A stretch of DNA of 18,366 nt from Tubiluchus corallicola (taxonomy: Eukaryota > Animalia > Priapulida). Numbering within the stretch: position 1 is the first letter of the stretch; every line of letters starts with the position of its first letter. This document shows positions 10,130 to 18,366 of this stretch, in pieces. A program made the translations under genes and the position numbers. A model generated the notes under the pieces. That model saw only the letters and a program-made list of their open reading frames with translations. It searched no databases and was not told the DNA's origin. The stretch is taken from NCBI GenBank assembly GCA_030141605.1, contig JAQGDQ010001995.1, positions 1 through 18,366 on the forward strand, in the 5' to 3' direction.

Positions 10130-10790
10130 ACTATTATTATTATTGTCAGAATATCAATTGTTATTAAATTCCAGACGAAATTGTTGGGGATTAAGATCTT
10201 CCTTTGTCTGCAGGGAGTTAACCTGCCGCTCACTTAAATACTTCAAAAGGATTATAAATAAGCTGCTCTTTTGTGTGCAGAGAGCATGTCTCAAGATTGC
10301 AAAGATTACAAATTTCAAAAGCGAAGGTTATTATTATTAAGTTCCAGACGAAATTGCTGAAGATTAAATCTTTCTTTATGAGCAGAGCGTAAACCGGGTC
10401 TTAGCTCAATTACTTTAGAAGATTTTAAAAACCATTAGGCTGTTCTTTTGTGTGTGGAGAACGTTTAAATTGGTCTGCAATTTAGAGTTTTATAAAATCT
10501 GCCGTCGAGTTTCAAAAGTGGGGGTTATTATTTCTGGCTCGTTTCAGTCATTATCAAATTCCAGACAAAATTGCTCAAGATTAAAATCTTTCTTTGTTTG
10601 CCTGGCATGAACTGCGTCTCAACTCAAATCCTTTAAAATGTTTTTAAAAAGCTGCGGTTGCTCTTTTGTGTGAAAAGTGAGCATGGCATGATTGGTCCAC
10701 AAATTGTCATTTTATGAAATCTGTCGAAAAGATTTCGAATTTGTAATATAAATTCTAGGGAAAATTGTTAAATATTTAAAATTTTTCGTC
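10130..10790 (+). repeat. Old, diverged ~170-220-bp tandem repeat, 3 clear units plus a partial fourth
   Basis: TTCCAGAC(G/A)AAATTG at 10169, 10342 and 10559 (degenerate at 10753), each followed by GATTAA..TCTT and later G(C/T)TG(C/T)TCTTTTGTGTG. A related piece lies at about 8646-8693. Confidence 0.8.
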
Positions 10791-11088
10791 ATTCGTAAAA
10801 TAGTGATCTGCCCTAAAAGTAACAACGGAGGTCAGAAAAAGTTGATGGTAATTTTAGTAAATTTATCAAAACCTCTGAAGGCAGTCTATTTGGCTGCGTT
10901 ATTTACAAAGAATGTCTGATCGTTTTGCTGATAACTCCATCATATCCTCTCTGCAGGCCACTTGAGGCAGAGTGGATGCTTAAAGAATGTCAGATAAATT
11001 TAATGATAATACCCTACGATGCAAACCACTTGAGACGTTCCTTACAAAACACAAAGAGCAGCTGTAATTTTCACATCAAAAGCAAAAT

Positions 11089-11325
11089 AATGATTGAAAT
11101 TGCTGATAAGTATAATCCAGTTTTCTATATAGACTGGAGGAATTTTCCCAGGTGAATTACTCTGCAATGTATTGATAATAGAAGCGTCTCTGTGTGTTAT
11201 GAAAAACTGTTCAAGGTTGGTCATTGCTCAGCGTTCATCCAGACAAACTACCCGGCATAATCCTGGGAAAATTCCTCGCATCAGTTTACAAAGCCAGATT
11301 AAAATTAAACGTAATTTCAATCATT
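11089..11325. repeat. Imperfect 64-bp inverted repeat pair around a 109-bp spacer (MITE/foldback-like)
   Basis: 11089-11101 is the perfect reverse complement of 11313-11325, and 11137-11152 of 11262-11277. Both arms have the same 35-bp distance between blocks. Confidence 0.8.
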
Positions 11326-11360
11326 TTGTAATCGGTGCACTTTATTGATAATAGAATAAT

Positions 11361-12193
11361 GATATTTGTGCAGTTTTTGTGCGATCTTAGTACAGTTTTG
11401 CGCGATCTTTGCGCAGTTTTTGCGCAATCTTTGCTCAGTTTTCGCGCGATCTTAGCACAGTTTTGCGCGATCTTTGCGCAGTTTTTGCACAATCTTTGTG
11501 CAGTTTTTGCGCAATCTTTGCACAGTTTTTGTGCGATCTTTGCACAGTTTTTGCGCAATCTTTGCGCAGTTTTTGCGTGATCTTAGCACAGTTTTGCGCG
11601 ATCTTTGCGCAGTTTTTGCGCAATCTTTGTGCAGTTTTTGCTGGATCTTTGCGCAGTTTTTGCGGGATCTTTGCGCATTTTTTCGCGATTTTTGCACAGT
11701 TTTTTCGCGATATTTGCACAGTTTTTGCGCAGTTGTTTGCGGGATCTTTGCGCAGTTTTTGCGCAGTTTTTGCGCAATCATTACACAGTTTTTACGCGAT
11801 CTTAGCACAGTTTTTGCGCGATCTTTGCGCAGTTTTTGCGCAATCTTTGTGCAGTTTTCGCACTATCTTTGCGCAGTTTTTGCGCGATATTTGCACAGTT
11901 TTTGCGGGATCTTTGCGCAGTTTTTGCGCAATCTTTGCACAGTTTTTGCGCAATCTTTGAGAAATTTTTTACGCAATTTTTGCGCAGTTCTTGCGCAATC
12001 CTTATGCAGTTTTTGCCCGATCTTTGCACAGTTTTTGCGCGATCCTTGCACAGTTTTTGCGTGATCTTTTTGGGCAGTTTTTGCGGGATCTTTATGCAGT
12101 TTTTGCCCGATCTTTGCACAGTTTTTGCACGATCTTTGCACAGTTTTTGCGCGATCTTTGTGTGGTTTTTGCGCAATCTTTATGCAGTTTTTT
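11361..12193 (+). repeat. 22-bp satellite array A5
   Basis: Same unit and orientation; array-specific variant GATCTTAG(C/T)ACAG appears four times. Confidence 0.96.
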
Positions 12194-12199
12194 TATATA

Positions 12200-12692
12200 A
12201 CCATTTGAAATCCAAGATCGTAAACTACAACGAATGGAAGTAATTATGATATTATGAAATCCTGCTCTGCTGCACTTGAAATGCTGTCTACTCCCTAGCT
12301 GAAAGACCGGCTATAAGATATAATTATAATTTTATAAAATCCTGCCACACAAACCACTTGTTCTGCTTTGCTCTGTTTTGATACGCTCTGCTCGCTGCAC
12401 ACAAAGCAAGATAGTTATTTCAATTACATCATTTTATGAAATCCTTTAAACCTCTTGAGACACGATAAATACCGTTTACAAAGCGATTAAGTCTTTTATT
12501 ATAAGCCTCATCAAATCCATTAGCGCACTTCAGACAACCTTTATATGTAACTCACAAAGAGCAGCTATAATTTTCAGTAATTTACTTGGACAACATAATA
12601 ATGATTGAAATCAAAGATAATTATAATCCCTCATTTTAAATTAGATGAATTTTCCCAGGATTATATCCCTGGTGGGTAATGACCAGCCTTGA
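12200..12692 (+). repeat. Interspersed repeat family F, reference copy
   Basis: Direct copy at about 17935-18358; inverted copies at about 16830-17110 and 11210-11326; partial direct copy at 11050-11152. Core CACAAAGAGCAGCTATAATTTTCA...GATAATTATAATCC...GAATTTTCCCAGG. Confidence 0.9.
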
Positions 12693-12830
12693 AGAGCTTC
12701 TCATATTGCGCAAAGAGCAATTCAGAAATGTAACACAGGGTAAATTGCATCGCCATTTTGAAGGCTGATGTTTAAGATATGAGAGAAATTTATCCATGAT
12801 TGTTCACAGGGGGGAGGGGGGGTGGCACAC

Positions 12831-12832
<2 letters not shown>

Positions 12833-12892
<60 letters not shown>
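12833..12892 (+). repeat. (GT)30 perfect microsatellite
   Basis: 60 uninterrupted bases of GT. Confidence 0.99.
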
Positions 12893-12894
<2 letters not shown>

Positions 12895-13430
12895 ATGGGC
12901 GCTCGCATGTCCTCCCAACTCATCCACAAATCTCACTAACCTGTCAAATCATCTTTTATTAGCAACAAAAGGATTGTGCAACATACATGGACGGTTGCTG
13001 TCACTTGAAAAAGCAGCAGGCCTAAGGCTTTATGTTACATTTTATGCTCTACTTGACAATGCTCTAAGCTCACAACTCAATCCTTTATTTGAATCTTATT
13101 TTGCCATTTTTTGAACAGATCGTTTAAGACATTTTGACAAATCCCCTGAAGTAAACTGTATGAGTCATCCTATGTGCAAAGCTGGGCAGACAAACTTAAC
13201 AGCAGTTTTACCAAATTCTCTTAAGTAAACGACTTAAGCCAAGAATGTCAGGTAAATTGAAAGATCAATTTGATGAGACCCTCAGGTGGAAACTACTTTA
13301 TAACACAAATAGCAGCAATCATTTGAAATTTTGCTATAAAGACCAGCTCAATTAACACTTGCAAAGTACGATATCCAGAGTTTGATATTTATAACAGTAT
13401 AGTGTATGCCTGGGCAATAGTCCAGTCAAA

Positions 13431-13959
13431 CTACCGGTTCACGTTCGCAGAGCGTTTAAAGGAAAAGATGTCACAATTTTGCTATAATCTAATACCGTAG
13501 GCGTGGCTAAACAGACTCACGGTTAATAGACTCAGTCGCTTAATTTACTCAAAAACGCCTAATGTTTGCTTTGACCCGCCGGTTAACTGCAATTAACTTC
13601 ATTAACTAAGAATTTCAGGAAGCTAAACATTAAATCACTTGCTTAACAATTTGCTGTATATTGCATATTGTAGGTATTTTTGCAGTGCGTGAATGATTGA
13701 GTGAGTAGGTGAGTGAGTGAGTCACTCAATCAGTAAGTAAGCCATTCAGCCAGTCAGGCAGCCAGCAAGTGAATCAATAAATTATCAAGTCATTCATTCA
13801 GTCAAGCAGGTATTGAGTGAGTGAGTCAGTCAGTCAGTCAGCCAATCAATCAATAAGTCAGTCAGTCAGTCAGCTTCCCCGAAATCTAAAGCACACAATA
13901 TTGTTTTTCAGCTGCGAATATGGCACAATTTACTTTTATAACTGATTATTACTAGTAGA
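13431..13959 (-). mobile_element. Probable non-autonomous Helitron (~530 bp) with internal tetranucleotide microsatellite
   Basis: Minus strand begins TCTACTAGTAATAA, carries a (CTGA)n/(CTCA)n tract near the 5' end, and ends with hairpin ACGCTC-TGC-GAACGT, then GAACCG-GTAG followed by T. This matches the Helitron TC...hairpin...CTRR|T layout, but the end is GTAG and the 5' flank is G rather than A. Confidence 0.5.
13688..13873 (+). repeat. Degenerate compound tetranucleotide microsatellite (GAGT/CAGT/CAAT)n
   Basis: 4-bp periodic tract, e.g. GAGTGAGTGAGTCAGTCAGTCAGTCAG and AGTCAGTCAGTCAGTCAG. Confidence 0.9.
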
Positions 13960-13999
13960 CTCACAAAACCCAGTTGTAAGGAAAAATATCTGGGTCATA

Positions 14000-14658
14000 C
14001 TCAGTAGACAACTGGGATGATTTAGTCATCGTGATATAATGTCTATTACTATTACAGAGCTGGTAAATTATTAATGAACAAGAAAAGTAGAGAGCAGAAG
14101 AGAAGAAAACATTCATGTAACTGACGTTTTGAAAGAAACTTAAGCATCTTATCACGCTGGCATTTTTGATGCACCATTTGTGGATTATATTAGGGAACGT
14201 TTATAAACCACAATGTTTATCAAATTCGCTGTCTGTTTTTCACATCTTAGCATCTTAGATGTGAAGTTCATATGTAACATCAAAATTGTGGTGCAAAATA
14301 ATTAAGACCAATAAAAAACATAGAGCCACTAATTTCGTCTAATTACAAATAAAATGAGTTGCTATCAAGATGGAGGGCTGGAAATAGACTGTTGAATCAT
14401 GGCAGCTGTGGCAGACAGAGTATTTGACACATCTCAGAATACATGCTCAAAATTCTCTCGCGAAATCTCATTATTGTCTCTTTGTATAAATGATGTAGTA
14501 ATCATTCAAGAGTGAAGAGTTCCACATGGACAGTGGAGAATGGGCAGGGCGGTTAAACTGATTCACAAATACTTAAGTACTGACGCTCAAATTAGAGGTG
14601 CAGAGATTTTGCTACAGGTAAAACTATGATTAGATCTGCCCTCTATCTGTATCCACAA
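14000..14658 (+). pseudogene. Decayed BEL/Pao LTR-retrotransposon pol C-terminus (integrase region plus DUF5641-like domain)
   Basis: Hand translation across frameshifts gives, in expected order: LSRQLG*F (14000), HVTDVLKET*ASYHAGI..APFVDY (14114-14188), LFFT...VHM (14233-14274), LLSRWRAGNRLLNH/WQLWQTEYLTHLR (14359-14438), INDVVIIQE*RVPHGQWRMGRAVKL...DAQIRGAEI, GKTMIRSALYLYP (to 14655). The 14353-14658 part is the most convincing. Confidence 0.8.
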
Positions 14659-14964
14659 GCATTTTTATTATTATCATATTCAATAATATAGTGACTTTCA
14701 ATACACGGTAACATCAAAACTCTGTTACTTCATACTGTAATATGTTGTTATGTTTCACACACTATCGTTATCATAAACGAATAACTGTACTACAGTGGGC
14801 TAGAGAAGCAAAGGCTTGTATCATCACACTGTGAAGTTGTTGATGCTGCTCCAGCTACTACTATATCTGCTAGGCTCACAAACGTGTAACAGATGACGAG
14901 GATTGAGATGGACTAACAGGGCATTGACTAACTTGCTTTAATGAAATGCTGTTTTTTTGGGTAC

Positions 14965-16790
14965 CATGAGAGAAGACAGAAGACATCCAAAAAGACAGGG
15001 GACTTCCAAGAGAACAGAAGACTGTCAATTGGACAGAAGACCTCCAGGAGAACTTTCTAGATGATAAACTACTTCCAAAGAGAGAATGGCGTTCTTAGAG
15101 GACGTCTTAGAGGATTGAAGACTTCCAATAGGCCAGAAGACTTCTTTGAATACAGAGGATCTCCTAGAGGACTTCATAGACGACAGAGGACTTTCTAGAA
15201 GACAGAAGACTTCCAGTAGGACAGATGACTTCTCAGAGGACAGAATACATCCAAAAGACAGAGGACTTCCCAGATGACAGAATACAGATGACAGGATAGA
15301 AAGTCCTCTGTCATCTAGGGATTTCTGTCCTATTGGAAGTTTCTAGAAGACCCACTGGCCTCTAAGAAGTCTCCTCCTGGAATTCCTCCGTCCTATTGAA
15401 AGTCTTCTGTCCTCTATGTAGTCCTACAGGAAGACCTTTGTCTTCTAGGTAGTCCTCTCTCTTTCTGAAAGACCTCTGCCCTCTTGCAAGTTTTCTATCC
15501 TCTAGGAAGTGTTCTAGGAAATCGTCTGTCATCTAGGAAGTCCTCTTTCCTTTTGAAAGTCCTCTGTCCTCCTGGCAGTCTTCTGTCTTCTAGGAAGTCC
15601 ACTAGGAGGACTTTTATCTTCTAGGAATCCTCAGTCATTTTGGAAGTCTTCTAGGAGGTCATCTGTCATACTGGAAGTCTTCAATCCTCTGGGAATTCCT
15701 CCAGGACATTATCTAGGAAGACCTTTGTCTTCTAGGAAGACCTTTGTCTTTTAGGAAGTCCTTTGTCTTTCTGGAAGTCTTCTGTCCTCCTGGAAGTCTT
15801 CAATTCTCTAGGAAGTTTTCTAGAAAGTCGTCTGTCCTTTTGGATATTCTTCTTGAGGACTTCTGTTCTCTTAGAATTAATCTAACCACTAAGAAATCCT
15901 CTATGTAATCTTCTGTCCTCTTGGAAGTCCTCTGTCCTTTTGGAAGTATTCTGTCCTCTAGAAAGACCTTTTGCTTCTAGAAAGTCCTCTGTCATCTAGA
16001 AAGTTCTCCAGGAAGTCTTCTGTCCTATTGACAGTAATCTGTCCTCTCTGTAGTCCTCTGATATTTTGGATGTTTTTATTCCTCTAAGAAGTCCCCTTGG
16101 AAGTTCTCTGTCCTATAGAGATGTCTTCTGACATCTGGGAAGTCCTCAAGGAGATCCACTGACCTCTAAGAAGTCCTCTGTCCTCTTGGAAGTCCTTTAG
16201 GAGGACTTCAGTCCTCTTGATAGTATTCTGTCCTCTATGAAGTCCTTTGGATAGACCTTTGTCATCTAGGAAGTCCTATGTCCTCTTAGAAGTCATCTGT
16301 AGAGTTCTGTTAATTAGGGAGTTCTCTGTCATCTAGGACGTTCCCAAAGGTCTTTATAGAGGACAGAATAATTGCAAGAGGACAAAGGACTTCCAATAGG
16401 ACAGAAGACTTCTTAGAGAACTTCCTAGGTAACTGAGGACTTCAAGGAAAACAAGTGTCTTCCTAGATGACTTGTAAGAGAACTGAGGAAAGAGGACTAT
16501 GTAGTCCAAGAGGACAGAAGACCTCCTGGAGGACAGAGGTCTTCTAAGATGCCACAAAAGGATGAAGGACTTCCAAGAGGACAGAGGACTTGAAAAAGGG
16601 TAGGGGACTTCCAAGAGCACAGGAGTATTTCTAGTGGACTTTTTTGTGGTCTTCTTAGAGTATTGAAGACTTCCAAGAGGACAATGGTAAAAGTTTCATC
16701 TGGGAAGTTCTTCAGGAGACCTTCTGACCTAAAAGATGTCCTATGTCCTACTGGAGGTCTTCTAGGAAGTCGTCCAGAAAGACCTTTTTC
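14965..16790. repeat. Diverged 19-bp satellite (GACAGA(G/A)GACTTCCAAGAG) in four blocks of alternating orientation
   Basis: GACAG at 15182, 15201, 15220, 15239 (period 19). Reverse-complement units (GGAAGTCCTCTGTCCTCT) occupy about 15297-16355 and 16692-16790. Confidence 0.9.
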
Positions 16791-16829
16791 TTGATAATAA
16801 AAAAAAACACTTACCCGGTGTTCACTGAT

Positions 16830-17110
16830 TCATACCGCTAGGGAAATATCCCAGATTAACTTGAAGGATTATAATTATCAATGATTTTAACCACTGTTAT
16901 GCTGAATTACTGAAAATTATAGCTGCTCTTTGTGTGTTGCCTGTTTGGGCATCTGTAATTCTTTGTAGTTTTGAACAGGTTTATAAATTTAATAAAGGCA
17001 TCATTTGCAAATAATATGATTACTGTGTCTTAAGTATTCTGGTTTACAGAATTTAATCAGAAAAAATGATATTAACTATCTTGCTTTTTTTCAGAACAGA
17101 GAGCGCATTG
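16830..17110 (-). repeat. Inverted, more diverged copy of family F
   Basis: Reverse complement reads ...AAAGCAAGATAGTTA...CTTAAGACAC...CACAAAGAGCAGCTATAATTTTCAGTAATT...GATAATTATAATCC, colinear with about 12380-12680. Confidence 0.85.
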
Positions 17111-17129
17111 CAAAAAGATTCCATAGAGT

Positions 17130-17256
17130 TTTATATATAAAAAGAAAATACTAAAATTGGTTGAAAAATACAACACTGCTGTCACAGTCGCTTATGTGAA
17201 TATGAATATACAGTATAAATTGTTCGGGCGTCGGGTTCTCGTCGCCAGGGCCGTAG
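17130..17256 (+). mobile_element. Possible very short Helitron-like remnant
   Basis: Starts TTTATATATAAAAAG (resembles TCTATATATAAAA-type 5' ends). Ends with imperfect GC-rich hairpin GGCGTCGG-GTTC-TCGTCGCC (17227-17246), then AGGGCC-GTAG followed by T. Confidence 0.3.
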
Positions 17257-17346
17257 TAATCACCCAAAACACAACACATAAAGATGAATTTACCCTTGAG
17301 GGTTCCTCACTTGAGTAAACAGAATGCTGCGCTTGTATTTGAAAAC

Positions 17347-17621
17347 TTTGTACAGGTAAAATATGCGAGTGTATAACTTTGAGCCAATCAGAACGCAAGA
17401 CTTGTACAGGTAAAATACGTGAGTGTTTAACTTTGAGCCAATCAGAACCCAGGATTTGTACAGGTAAAATACGTGAGTGTTTAACTTTGAGCCAATCAGA
17501 ATGCAGGATTTGTACAGGTAAAATACGTGAGTGTTTAACTTTGAGCCAATCAGAATGCAGGATTTGTACAGGTAAAATATGTGAGTGTTTAACTTTGAGC
17601 CAATCAGAACGCAGGATTTGT
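17347..17621 (+). repeat. 54-bp tandem repeat, 5 copies, each with AGCCAATCAG (CCAAT-box consensus)
   Basis: Units start at 17347, 17401, 17455, 17509 and 17563; consensus TTTGTACAGGTAAAATACGTGAGTGTTTAACTTTGAGCCAATCAGAATGCAGGA. Confidence 0.97.
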
Positions 17622-17934
17622 GAATTTTATGCAGGTATGATTAGTACATTTTTGACTTACAGGGGTGTTTTACTTTAACGCCACATTGAAATAACATGCA
17701 GGCCGCATATCTGTGTCCTTGAGTGAGTGAAAGTTTGAACTCAAAACAGCCCAGCAATGATATAAAGCAATATTTATATAATACTTTAATACTGCAATTT
17801 ATACTATATCTTTGAAATTTTGTATATAATTTTCACATACATTGATATGATTATTTACCATGCCGCCTCACTACAAGGCAGAATATAATGTTTCAACTTG
17901 AAATTTTACAGACTGTCAGCAATTTTCACATAAC

Positions 17935-18358
17935 TACTTGAAATCCAAAGTGCAAAGCATTATTAATAGAATCGTAATTATGATGTTTTAAATCCCACCC
18001 CACGGCACTTGAGACGCTGTTTGCGCCCTGCAAAGAAAGAGGCTAATAGCTGTAATCAGGATTTTATAAAATGCTGCAGATCTCCTGCGATAGGGTCTGC
18101 TTGCTGCACACAAAGCGAGAGAGTCACTTCAATTACATCATTTTATGAAATCCTTTAAACCGGACCTCTTGAGACACGATAAATACCGTTTACAAAGAGA
18201 TTAAGTCTTTTATTATCAGCCTCATCAAATCCATTAGCGCACTTCAGACAACCTTTGTATGCAACTCACAAAGAGCAGCTATAATTTTCAATAATTCAGT
18301 TGGACAACATAATAATGATTGAATTCAAAGATAATTATAATCCCTCATTTTAAATTAG
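17935..18358 (+). repeat. Direct copy of family F
   Basis: 18097-18358 is closely similar to 12387-12644; 17935-18075 is only patchily similar to 12200-12345. Confidence 0.92.
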
Positions 18359-18366
18359 TGTGAGGA

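Noticed and set aside
158-12243. Dozens of overlapping ORFs up to 493 aa (KNCAKIAQKL / FAQFLRDLC repeats)
   Set aside because: The 22-bp consensus has no stop codon on either strand, so ORFs open in all six frames. Frequent 1-bp indels cycle the same peptides between frames, which shows no coding constraint.
12800-13114. 104-aa ORF with a VC repeat
   Set aside because: It reads through the (GT)30 microsatellite and shows no recognisable domain.
13954-14016. 9-bp inverted repeat (CCCAGTTGT/ACAACTGGG) and 7-bp direct repeat (AGTAGAC) as element termini or TSD
   Set aside because: Too short, and the arrangement is not TSD-TIR...TIR-TSD; could be chance or junction filler.
14660-14960. Possible 3' LTR of the BEL/Pao fragment
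   Set aside because: No clear polypurine tract, TG...CA boundaries or second LTR copy in the window.
16354-16620. 88-aa minus-strand ORF
   Set aside because: Lies wholly within the 19-bp satellite and has low-complexity composition.
17379-17678. 99-aa ORF with CxxC-like repeats (ECRICTGKIRECL)
   Set aside because: It is the translation of the 54-bp tandem repeat (a multiple of 3) from a TTG start, with no supporting gene structure.

Overview
Repeat-dominated, gene-free eukaryotic DNA, most likely from an invertebrate animal; I see no intact protein-coding gene, RNA gene or CRISPR array. About 7 kb is a 22-bp satellite (two 11-bp halves, ACAGTTTTTGC+GCGATCTTTGC) in five same-orientation arrays. 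In 1-8500 these arrays alternate with four copies of a non-satellite module, forming a ~3.3-kb macro-duplication with a ~1.35-kb higher-order repeat. Other tandem families have units of ~137, 20, ~190, 19 (switching orientation three times) and 54 bp (CCAAT-box-bearing), plus a (GT)30 tract. The right half holds an interspersed family present in both orientations, a probable non-autonomous Helitron (13431-13959, minus strand) and a heavily decayed BEL/Pao LTR-retrotransposon pol fragment (about 14000-14658) that the ORF track misses. The many long ORFs are artefacts of a satellite unit with no stop codon in any frame. I found no convincing new gene system; the interest is in repeat architecture and how it evolved. 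All alignments and identities were judged by eye.
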